64,000 nucleotides of DNA, from IMG/VR virus record IMGVR_UViG_3300037297_000386, one strand, 5' to 3'. Made by a program: the position numbers and the translations under genes. The notes below the pieces were generated by a model. It had not been told where the DNA came from and searched no databases. It saw only the letters and a program-made list of their open reading frames with translations. The stretch's first letter is position 1. Each line of letters starts with the position of its first letter. Of this stretch, positions 1 to 8,325 are shown one piece after another. This DNA is from a virus. Its lineage: Duplodnaviria; Caudoviricetes.

Positions 1-353
1 ATACGATTCATTCTAGTATAATCCTGGTTCCTTGACGAAAAATCGGCCTTCTTATTCAAAAGAAGATGACCCAAGATGTCTCTAAATTTAGATTCACCGC
101 TCAAACGAACAAAATGATTGTGAATTTCAGATATTTGAGATTGATTTATAATTTCACCTGGAGGAGCCTTCTCTGCCATTTTTTCAATAGTAGATGCAAC
201 CTGCCTAATAACAGGATCCTCTGGATAACGTTCATATGCAGCACGAGTAACATTATAAACGTCCTCAAGCATAAACTCTTGCCCATTTGTTGTAGCATCG
301 AGCGCTGCTTTAGCGATTCGGGCTAATTCGCCAATGTTTAAACTGCCAGTCAT
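1..353 (-). CDS. Hypothetical protein, truncated by window edge (MTGSLNIGELARIAKAALD...)
   Basis: Hand-translated; ATG at 353-351, strong RBS GGAGGAG ~9 nt upstream, open to position 1; not in ORF track. Confidence 0.8.
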   Translation of the reverse strand, partial: MTGSLNIGELARIAKAALDATTNGQEFMLEDVYNVTRAAYERYPEDPVIRQVASTIEKMAEKAPPGEIINQSQISEIHNHFVRLSGESKFRDILGHLLLNKKADFSSRNQDYTRMNR

Positions 354-374
354 GTTTGTGTTCTCCTCCAAAAA

Positions 375-1148
375 TTATGCTTCCAAAAACTCTGCATTAA
401 GTTTGTTTAATATATCTACTATTTGTTCTCTATCAAAATCTCCAACTTTTCGAATCGCATAAGCTGCCATTTGAACAGCTTCTGCAATGTCGTCTTCTCG
501 ATCAACGGATTCTTGCCCTAATGGTTCTTCTTCAAATCCTTTACTCAAATCTTCTTCATAATCTCGTCTTTCTTGCCAGTAAGGATCATTTTGTCGTTCC
601 CATTCTGTTGGTGGCTCAGCAGCCAACGATCGTAATTCAGGAAATCTCGAAACTAAAGAATTTAATTTATCTTTTGGCTGTGAATTTAAAAATTTAGATG
701 TAAAATTTTTATCTGATGCCAATTTATTAATTAGACTTTTTTGGAAAATATGTATATCTTTATTTGTGAACCCATATTCGGATGAAGAAAATCGTTGAAT
801 AGGATAATTTTTATACACAAGAGTGATATTTCGGCCACCGCGATCTGATAATGCTTTCCAATGGCTTTTAACTTCTAGCGCTTGAGACTCAACGTCATCA
901 TATTGAGCAACCAGATATTGGTCTCCATCATCACTCTCTTCCAAAATCCATAATGATTCTACGGGAGAAGAGTTCAATTGAAACACATCAAATGCAATTT
1001 TTGTGAATAGATGTTTGTTTGATTCATACGGTATTTTACTATTATTAGGTGTCACATCCTTGGCTAATTTAGTCCAATCTAAAGTTTCCATTACACAGCT
1101 CCTACGAAAATTTTCAAATATAGGGACTGGATAAACCACTCCCGACAC
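375..1148 (-). CDS. Hypothetical phage protein
   Basis: 257-aa ORF on coding strand, acidic C-terminus; GTG start or internal ATG (METLDW). Confidence 0.6.
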   Translation of the reverse strand: MSGVVYPVPIFENFRRSCVMETLDWTKLAKDVTPNNSKIPYESNKHLFTKIAFDVFQLNSSPVESLWILEESDDGDQYLVAQYDDVESQALEVKSHWKALSDRGGRNITLVYKNYPIQRFSSSEYGFTNKDIHIFQKSLINKLASDKNFTSKFLNSQPKDKLNSLVSRFPELRSLAAEPPTEWERQNDPYWQERRDYEEDLSKGFEEEPLGQESVDREDDIAEAVQMAAYAIRKVGDFDREQIVDILNKLNAEFLEA

Positions 1149-1286
1149 TATTAGAATAGAATATTGATAGAAAGCGTGGATTTATAGTAAGATGGGAGAT
1201 TTTTATATTAAAATAAAAAAATCGACGGGATTTTTTGCATCCGGAGCGAAAAAATTCGGATGGGATAAATGATTATTTTAAAACGC

Positions 1287-1318
1287 AAAAAAGCCGGATA
1301 ACCAAAAGATTATCCGGC
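1287..1318 (-). terminator. Intrinsic terminator after infC
   Basis: Minus strand GCCGGATAA-8 nt loop-TTATCCGGC followed by TTTTTT. Confidence 0.85.
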
Positions 1319-1342
1319 ACTTAATTAAATCTTTATATTTGT

Positions 1343-1819
1343 CTATTTTTTGGTAGGAATCAAGAATGCAGTTAAATTTCGTCCATCGAATTCAGACATT
1401 TTATCTACCACTGCTAGATCAGAATTAAGCAATGAATTAATTATAAAATTCATTTTTTCTAAACCAATATCTTTTAATACTATTTGCCTTGCTCTAAATT
1501 GCATAGTTATCTTGGTTTTTAAACCTTTTCCAAGAAATTCTTTAATATGTTTTAATTTTATATCCAAATCGTGTTTGTCTATCGAAGGACCAATTTTAAC
1601 TTCTTTAACTTTATGGGTTCTTCTATGTGATCTTTGTTTCTTTTGGCGTTTCCTCTGTTCATATTTTAATTTGCCGGCATCGACCATCCTATATACATTT
1701 TTGGCCACCATTATAATGCTTTTATTAAATTCTTTAGCCTTTTGTTCTGCAATCTCGATAGACATATTACCAACTTTTCTACCATCTTCTCCAATAAGTA
1801 TGACATTCATATTGTTCAA
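1343..1819 (-). CDS. infC: Translation initiation factor IF-3
   Basis: N-domain VILIGEDGRKVG, linker DAGKLKYEQRKRQK, C-domain KVKEVKIGPSIDKHDLDIKLKHIKEFLGKG..KITMQFRARQ. Confidence 0.92.
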   Translation of the reverse strand: MNNMNVILIGEDGRKVGNMSIEIAEQKAKEFNKSIIMVAKNVYRMVDAGKLKYEQRKRQKKQRSHRRTHKVKEVKIGPSIDKHDLDIKLKHIKEFLGKGLKTKITMQFRARQIVLKDIGLEKMNFIINSLLNSDLAVVDKMSEFDGRNLTAFLIPTKK

Positions 1820-1845
1820 CTTTCTTTTTTAAAGACCCAATAAAC

Positions 1846-2304
1846 TTAATATTCACAAGTCAAGCACTCTTCTCGCATTTTTTTTAATATTTCTATTATT
1901 TTCTTATTATTAGCGCACAACTTTCTTATCTTCTTTAAAGCCCCTCCGTATCGCTTTTTTTGATTATTATAGTCTATATTACCCTGAAGTATTTTATGTA
2001 TAGTAGTCTGATGTTTTCCAAGTTCACTCGATATCTCGTTTTGAGTCTTACCTTCTAAATACGTCATTTTCATTACTTCTTTTTGTTTATCAGTAAGACA
2101 GTTTTCTACCACATACATTACCTCACTAAGTAATTCATTTCTAAGTTTTTGAAATTCTTCAGAACATGATTGAGTAGATAAAAAAGCACTCATTCCTTCT
2201 TCATTAGAAAAATTATTAAGCAAATTAGGATCAATACTTATTTCTACATAGTTATTAGAAATATCTGGGTCCCCCGAACTACTACAGGTAAAATTTTTTG
2301 GCAT
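1846..2304 (-). CDS. Sigma-70 region 4-like HTH protein
   Basis: LTDKQKEVMKMTYLEGKTQNEISSELGKHQTTIHKIL matches region 4 HTH; no region 2. Confidence 0.75.
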   Translation of the reverse strand: MPKNFTCSSSGDPDISNNYVEISIDPNLLNNFSNEEGMSAFLSTQSCSEEFQKLRNELLSEVMYVVENCLTDKQKEVMKMTYLEGKTQNEISSELGKHQTTIHKILQGNIDYNNQKKRYGGALKKIRKLCANNKKIIEILKKMREECLTCEY

Positions 2305-2318
2305 TCATTCCTCCTAAT

Positions 2319-3086
2319 TTACCATAATGTTTTTATTTCCACATTATCAAAATTTGTCCTTTCTCCAGTAAATAATTTTATATCGCCGCCCTTACGCAAA
2401 TATTCATCCAAATCCTTATACCCACGCGGAGTAAACTCATACGTTAGATTGATATGCTCAGTGCGACCAAATCTATTCATAACTTTACTAGCACTAGTCT
2501 TACCAGCTTCGTCATTATCAAAAAGTAAACATATATTATTAGTATATCTAGACAAAATAATTAATTGTCTTTCTGAAAATATTGTTCCACAAGTTGCAAC
2601 AACATTATAAATGCCTTTTTGATGGGCCATTATTTTATCAAAATAACCTTCTACAACAAATACTTTATTTGTTTCACGAATTGATTCTATTGAATGATCT
2701 AATCCAAACAAATAAGATGTTTTTTTATAAGAACTATTTCTATATTTTGGTACTCCTAGACGCTTACGTTTTTTATTACTCAAAAGTGTTCTTGCACCAA
2801 TAGCAACTGGAACACCACTAGTATTGCATATTGGAATTACAATAGGATATATTTTAAATTGGCTATGATCAGCGTTCCATATTATATTTTGTTCCCTAAG
2901 TTTTTTTGGATCAAGATTATGATATTTATAGAGTTTACGTAAATCTTCCGGAAAAGCACCTAATTTATAAGTACTAATTATTCTGTCAGTTACACCCCTG
3001 CGTACCTTCAAGTAGTACATTAAATTTTCACTATTTAATAATAACTTATGGCAAACATTAGTTAATTCGACAAAAAACTGGTTCAT
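2319..3086 (-). CDS. dnaG: DnaG-type primase catalytic (Toprim) subunit lacking zinc-binding domain
   Basis: YL..RRG, KYRNS, YLFGL, VFVVEGYFD, VVATCGT, LLFDNDEAG, KDLDEYL motifs; no CHC2 finger. Confidence 0.9.
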   Translation of the reverse strand: MNQFFVELTNVCHKLLLNSENLMYYLKVRRGVTDRIISTYKLGAFPEDLRKLYKYHNLDPKKLREQNIIWNADHSQFKIYPIVIPICNTSGVPVAIGARTLLSNKKRKRLGVPKYRNSSYKKTSYLFGLDHSIESIRETNKVFVVEGYFDKIMAHQKGIYNVVATCGTIFSERQLIILSRYTNNICLLFDNDEAGKTSASKVMNRFGRTEHINLTYEFTPRGYKDLDEYLRKGGDIKLFTGERTNFDNVEIKTLW

Positions 3087-3466
3087 TTTTTATTCTTTTT
3101 TCTAGACTTTTTCTTTGTTGCGCCATTGTTTAACCCGGTATCTATCTTTTTTAATTCTCCGGCCTCTTCTATTGCCAACTTGAATGACGCATGTATTTTT
3201 ATCGGATTGTAGCAAATCTTACATATAGTCTGGTTATTTTGGTCCAAAACTATTTCACGATTAGTTCTACAATTTGGGCAGGCAAACGTAAAAGCCCGTC
3301 TCTCTGATCTAACAACTTGCCCAAAACTTTTCAAAGTACGTTTCATGGGTTCAGATATATTACTAATAGGTTTGCCACATTCTTGGCAAATTACTTCCAT
3401 AGTCTCGGTATCTAAAAGAGCATTAGATGTTTTAGAACACTTTTTATTATTACACATTATTAACAT
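3083..3466 (-). CDS. Zinc-ribbon protein
   Basis: CNNKKC, CQEC, CPNC, CKIC pairs. Confidence 0.6.
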   Translation of the reverse strand: MLIMCNNKKCSKTSNALLDTETMEVICQECGKPISNISEPMKRTLKSFGQVVRSERRAFTFACPNCRTNREIVLDQNNQTICKICYNPIKIHASFKLAIEEAGELKKIDTGLNNGATKKKSRKKNKK

Positions 3467-3511
3467 ATATTTCTCCTTGATTATCTTATCAAAATACTAA
3501 TTTTTACATTA

Positions 3512-4627
3512 TCACTCATCAATATCTTCATCATTTAGTAATAATGGCTTAACACAATTTCTTTTAGCTTCCTTAGCACGTTCTAATACATAATGTTGTA
3601 ATTCTTCATTATTAAGTAACATATTAGCCATGGCTTCTTTTCCATTGTATTTTATACCATCTAATTCCCATATCTTATTATTTGGACGTTGAATTATTCC
3701 ATAACGAGCTCCTATATCACGCACCTCTATGTGTTTATCCACTACACCTTCGGTATATTTAATTCCAAATTCTGCAGTTCTAAACGGTGGGGCCTTTTTA
3801 TTTTTCTGTATTTTGGCTCGTATATGATGACCAACTTGATCACCATCTTCTTCAATTCTAGACTCTTTACCAGTAATAATACCGAAATTAATCATTTGAG
3901 CACAGGCATGTTTTAATGCTTGGCCACCAGGAGAATTAGTAGGATCACCATACATAACCTCTGGTTGGAATCTAAGTTGATTGATTGCAATAAAAAGAAC
4001 ACCAGTAGATGTTAAGAGAGGAGTAAGTTTCCTTAATTCTGGCGGCAAAAATCTTGCCATCAATGCTATATTCGCTTTACCAGGTTTGCTTGCTTCTTCC
4101 ATTGGAGTACTCATGGCTGCCACACTATCTAACACTATAACACCTAGACCGGTACCACCTGTTTCTAGCTCTATGTCTAAAATTCCTGGTTTTACTTTTT
4201 TGACTTCGCCGGTTCGTTTGTTTGGTTTTCCAGGAACACCTACTAACCTAGAAAATATCTCAGCGCCCTTGTTTTCTCTATAAACCATGAGACGTGATGT
4301 ATCAACGCCCAAATATTCAGCCCAGTCTTGTTGGTATGTAAATTCCGCGTCAATAAACATAGCCCAATTTGTCGAATCTAATTTTTGCCACTCAGCTATT
4401 GTAGACAGAGACATTAATGTTTTACCAGATTGTTCAAATCCAGCAAATTGAACGATATGTCCTTTTGGTAACCCCCAAATACCTAATGCGTCATCAAGCG
4501 CGTAACTTCCAGTAGATATGACATCTGAATAAGTGGTCATATCACTATTTCCAGAATAAATACCTTCGTTACCATGCTGTTTTTCCATTTCTTTCCAAGT
4601 ATCTGCCATCGTTTTACGTCTACTCAT
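3512..4627 (-). CDS. recA: RecA recombinase
   Basis: ISTGSYALDDALG, Walker A GFEQSGKT, FIDAE, IVLDSVAA, FIAINQLR, PGGQALKH, KNKKAPPFR. Confidence 0.95.
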   Translation of the reverse strand: MSRRKTMADTWKEMEKQHGNEGIYSGNSDMTTYSDVISTGSYALDDALGIWGLPKGHIVQFAGFEQSGKTLMSLSTIAEWQKLDSTNWAMFIDAEFTYQQDWAEYLGVDTSRLMVYRENKGAEIFSRLVGVPGKPNKRTGEVKKVKPGILDIELETGGTGLGVIVLDSVAAMSTPMEEASKPGKANIALMARFLPPELRKLTPLLTSTGVLFIAINQLRFQPEVMYGDPTNSPGGQALKHACAQMINFGIITGKESRIEEDGDQVGHHIRAKIQKNKKAPPFRTAEFGIKYTEGVVDKHIEVRDIGARYGIIQRPNNKIWELDGIKYNGKEAMANMLLNNEELQHYVLERAKEAKRNCVKPLLLNDEDIDE

Positions 4628-4644
4628 AATTACTCCCAGACATA

Positions 4645-5661
4645 TTATTCATGCATTACATTCTTTAATTTATTTAATAATTCTTTTTCTTCATTTGATG
4701 TCTGCTTTGGTATACATATTTTTACGACAACCAAGTGATTTCCTTTATTGGACTTTTGTATTATACCTTTACCAGATATCTTTAATATGTCATTTGGTTG
4801 AGTACCTTGTGGTATAGTTAATTTGATTTTGCCATGAACCGTATCAACTTGAACCTTAGTACCCAATATAGCATCAATATAGTTAATATATTCTTCAGAT
4901 ATAATATTCAGGCCATTCCTTTTATACCTATCATGAGGTTTTATAGCAACTGATAAATACAAATTGCCAGGTTCCGTACCATGTGAACTAGGCATACCCT
5001 TTCCTAATATACGCATAGTAGTTCCATTATCTATACCAGCGGGTATATTAATTTTAATATTTTCATTATTTGTGACTGTACCTTTACCGAAGCAAATCGT
5101 ACATTTTTCTTTTATATTATTTCCAGTTCCATTACATTTGTGGCATGTTTGTAAAATATGCATAAAGCCTTGGTTATACCCTATTTTACCAACGCCAGCA
5201 CAATCATCACATTTATCTACACTATTGCCATCCTTTGACCCATTTCCATTACATGCTGAACATTTATGTGGATATTGTATAGATATCTTTTTAGTACATC
5301 CTTTTACTGATTCCATAAAATCTATATATATTGTATGACGTAAATCATCTCCACGTGTACTTTGTCGTTGATTGAGAAAGTCGTCAAATCCTATGCTAAA
5401 TACAGAATTTCTTATATGTTCGAATGGATCTATTCCATTAAATTTATCATAATCGCTACCATACCTATCGTATTGTTGTCGTTTCTGTGGATCGCTTAAG
5501 ATTTCATAAGCTGCAGATAGATCCTTAAATTTATTTTCGGCCTCAGGATCACTTGAATTTCTATCTGGGTGGTATTGCAAAGCAAGTTTTCTATATACTT
5601 TTTTGATTTCCTCTTGAGTGGCATCATTTTTAACGCCGAGCACTTCATAAGGGTTCTTCAT
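4645..5661 (-). CDS. dnaJ: DnaJ chaperone
   Basis: J domain with HPD, four CxxCxGxG zinc repeats, C-terminal IPAG/IPQGTQ domain. Confidence 0.96.
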   Translation of the reverse strand: MKNPYEVLGVKNDATQEEIKKVYRKLALQYHPDRNSSDPEAENKFKDLSAAYEILSDPQKRQQYDRYGSDYDKFNGIDPFEHIRNSVFSIGFDDFLNQRQSTRGDDLRHTIYIDFMESVKGCTKKISIQYPHKCSACNGNGSKDGNSVDKCDDCAGVGKIGYNQGFMHILQTCHKCNGTGNNIKEKCTICFGKGTVTNNENIKINIPAGIDNGTTMRILGKGMPSSHGTEPGNLYLSVAIKPHDRYKRNGLNIISEEYINYIDAILGTKVQVDTVHGKIKLTIPQGTQPNDILKISGKGIIQKSNKGNHLVVVKICIPKQTSNEEKELLNKLKNVMHE

Positions 5662-6179
5662 TTTTTTCTACGCTTTCTCTTCTTGTGCTTAGGTTTTATT
5701 TCATTAATATTCAACTTTTCCATTTCGTAACCAGCCAAACCTAATACAATGGCATCAACTATATCATTGTGCTTCTTAAACTCATACTTTAGTTTAAATT
5801 TTTTATTGATAGTATCAAATGCTGCTTCTTTAGTATTTTTTATACCAACCAGTTTTCTAGCCTGAACAGCCATAATACTAATTGGCATATTGCTAGTTTT
5901 TTCATAAATTGACTTAATAGCTACACCACGGAATAATGACAGTGTTTTAAATGTTATTATACTTGGACCACGGTAGATATCTTCGATTACTATAGTATCT
6001 GGGTTAATATAATTGATAAGATCTTTAATAGAATTTTCAAATTCTACCAATCTTTCTCCCATATTCGTGTTTGAGTTTATTACAATTAATCCGGATTGCT
6101 TCTTGTTAATCTTTCCATTTTTGATAACAGCCCAACCAATATTTCGTGAAGCTATATCTATTCCTAATATGATAGACAT
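5658..6179 (-). CDS. ruvC: RuvC-like Holliday junction resolvase
   Basis: [28 protein letters not shown]. Confidence 0.85.
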   Translation of the reverse strand: MSIILGIDIASRNIGWAVIKNGKINKKQSGLIVINSNTNMGERLVEFENSIKDLINYINPDTIVIEDIYRGPSIITFKTLSLFRGVAIKSIYEKTSNMPISIMAVQARKLVGIKNTKEAAFDTINKKFKLKYEFKKHNDIVDAIVLGLAGYEMEKLNINEIKPKHKKRKRRKK

Positions 6180-6222
6180 GGGTGCCTCCTATGTCTATTT
6201 ATAATATTAATAGAAGGCACCC
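6180..6222 (-). promoter_or_regulatory. Hairpin occluding the ruvC Shine-Dalgarno, with TATAAATA in the loop
   Basis: Minus strand GGGTGCCTTCTA ... TAGGAGGCACCC forms a 12-bp stem (one G-U) ending at the ATG; TATAAATA at 6203-6196. Confidence 0.75.
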
Positions 6223-6237
6223 AATTATCCGATAATA

Positions 6238-6891
6238 TTAATCGTCAAAATCAAAATCATCTTCATCATCAGTTGAAGACTCTACAGATGTGTTTTCAAA
6301 ATCATTATCAACATCCTCAGTTGATAACCCACCTGACAAACCAAGTTTTTCTCGTATTTCATCTGGCGTTGAAGCTTCTGTCATCTTCGAGATATCAACA
6401 TTAGAAATAAACTCTTTAACCATTTCAATTTCATCGTTAGCGAGTTTTTCTTTTGGTTCAGGTGATACTATATAAAGTGGCTGTGAACCCTTCGGCTGTC
6501 GTTCAATATCGATATCAAAATTACGCGGATTCCCCCACTTAGGCTTCTTTTTCAGACCTAAAATTTGCTTAAAAATTTGTGGCCCAATTTCAAGAATTGC
6601 ACAATGCCCGCTTTTCCTATTTATTACGGGAACATACCAACGAGCACTGGCACGTTCTCCAGCCTGGCACAAAGGACACCCATCAAGTGCGCAATGTACT
6701 TTACGATTTGCACCAGTAGCATCTTTTGACCAATGAATATAAAATTGATATGGGGAACCGACTAAGCGAACCGGATTGGAACCTTCTTCCAAATTCATAA
6801 AGTTACTATTGCCTAAATCAGCATCTCCCCAGTCATCCAATTTTCCTACTACTCTTGTACTCATTTTGATCTCCTTATTGTCCTTGGGCAT
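6238..6891 (-). CDS. Single-stranded DNA-binding protein, T4 gp32-like
   Basis: FMNLEEGSNPVRLV, HW, HC..DGCPLC zinc site, ILEIGPQIF, acidic tail DDEDDFDFDD. Confidence 0.75.
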   Translation of the reverse strand: MPKDNKEIKMSTRVVGKLDDWGDADLGNSNFMNLEEGSNPVRLVGSPYQFYIHWSKDATGANRKVHCALDGCPLCQAGERASARWYVPVINRKSGHCAILEIGPQIFKQILGLKKKPKWGNPRNFDIDIERQPKGSQPLYIVSPEPKEKLANDEIEMVKEFISNVDISKMTEASTPDEIREKLGLSGGLSTEDVDNDFENTSVESSTDDEDDFDFDD

Positions 6892-6945
6892 ATTTTAGCT
6901 ATCGGTTACCATAACCTATCGCATTTGAACCAGCGGACATAATCT

Positions 6946-6976
6946 ATTATACATATTTGACAACAAATGTCAAATA
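6946..6976 (-). promoter_or_regulatory. Consensus sigma70 promoter with overlapping palindrome
   Basis: Minus strand TTGACA (6973-6968), 16 nt, TATAAT (6951-6946); perfect inverted repeat TATTTGACA-N5-TGTCAAATA at 6954-6976. Confidence 0.8.
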
Positions 6977-6981
6977 AAAAA

Positions 6982-7515
6982 TTACCACGTGGCATCATTA
7001 TCATACATATCTTCATCTACTGAACCATTCCATCCTGAAGCACGTTCATGTGGATAGGCACGATCTAAGATTTTTTTACAAAGATAATGCATCCTTATAA
7101 AACTATTATATTTACTGTCGATCCATTTAACGAATGCCAATACTTCATCATATTTATTACATGATTCTATATAATCATCATCTATTTCGGCCATCGCGGC
7201 CCGCAATTTATCTGTTTTAATTTTTTTATCATCTTTATATTTTACAAAAGCCATGTTATATGCTATATTTTTCTTAGTTTTCGCTTTTGCAATATGAGCT
7301 GCAGCAATAGCTAACATTTCTCCGCAAATATCAGCACCACGTAAATATTTAGTAGCCAATGTTTCGGCATTATTTATATCAATATTTCCATCTCTTGGTA
7401 GCGCATTTGATAATTCACGGATTTCTAATGTATCTATATCCAATAAATTAAACTCACTTCTTATTAAATCACGTACAGTTAATTTACCCATTTTAAACTC
7501 CGATAACCTTTTCAA
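6982..7515 (-). CDS. Hypothetical helical protein (possible UvsY-like recombination mediator)
   Basis: Helical ORF next to ssb; likely start MGKLTV at 7491; function is inference only. Confidence 0.45.
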   Translation of the reverse strand: MKRLSEFKMGKLTVRDLIRSEFNLLDIDTLEIRELSNALPRDGNIDINNAETLATKYLRGADICGEMLAIAAAHIAKAKTKKNIAYNMAFVKYKDDKKIKTDKLRAAMAEIDDDYIESCNKYDEVLAFVKWIDSKYNSFIRMHYLCKKILDRAYPHERASGWNGSVDEDMYDNDATW

Positions 7516-7771
7516 TTTTACTTAATCTATTATCATTTATTCTTATATGTTGATTAATCATAACATTCTGTATAAAAAATAATATCACCCAAGGTATGTT
7601 TTTAGTAGGATGAATAATTGTTATTATTCCATTTTCATCTGTATCAAACAAATCTTGGAAAAAGTCATTACCATTTTGTCCATCGTTAGAATACTCTTTA
7701 ACTAATTTTTGATAATATTCATATTCTAACTCAGTTATATCTACTTTTTGATAAGCAATTCCTTTTATCAT
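7493..7771 (-). CDS. Hypothetical protein
   Basis: 92-aa ORF packed in operon. Confidence 0.6.
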   Translation of the reverse strand: MIKGIAYQKVDITELEYEYYQKLVKEYSNDGQNGNDFFQDLFDTDENGIITIIHPTKNIPWVILFFIQNVMINQHIRINDNRLSKIEKVIGV

Positions 7772-8319
7772 TATTCCGACCTATGAAAAGAATTTTTTCC
7801 GCCAGACCTAGATAAAATTATATCTTGTCTGTGTTGTTGTAACTTTTTATTCATTAGTTCATGGGTATCTCCATCATCTAATAATACACTATCTTCGTCA
7901 CCAAATCCATATCTATCTTTAACGGCACCAGATAAAGCTTCATCGCGCATTTTTTTCAATATCTCTTTGGCCTCAGCTAATTGTTTGGTTTTAAATTCAT
8001 AATCAGTATCCTCACTTTCTTCTTCAACATTAACATCTTGTCCATAATTTTCTTCATCATTAGGCTGTTCAACAACTTGTGATTCACTATTATTATTAAA
8101 TAACTGCTTAATTTCAAAATTAGCCATAATTAATGAAGCAAGTTTATCTATATTCACATCTTTGACTGAGATATAATTATCTAATAATTCTCTTAAACCC
8201 AAAAAAGCAGCGAGTTTGGCCTTTTGCATAATACATTTGCCACAGGCTGGACATTTATTAACACTTATAGCATATATAAATTCTGGCATAATTGTGACAT
8301 TACAATTTTCACATTTCAT
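7771..8319 (-). CDS. Zinc-ribbon protein with acidic linker
   Basis: CENC...CPACG. Confidence 0.6.
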   Translation of the reverse strand: MKCENCNVTIMPEFIYAISVNKCPACGKCIMQKAKLAAFLGLRELLDNYISVKDVNIDKLASLIMANFEIKQLFNNNSESQVVEQPNDEENYGQDVNVEEESEDTDYEFKTKQLAEAKEILKKMRDEALSGAVKDRYGFGDEDSVLLDDGDTHELMNKKLQQHRQDIILSRSGGKNSFHRSE

Positions 8320-8325
8320 TATTTA

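Noticed and set aside
6915-6945. tRNA T-loop-like GGTTCAAAT on the minus strand
   Set aside because: No T-stem, acceptor stem or cloverleaf.
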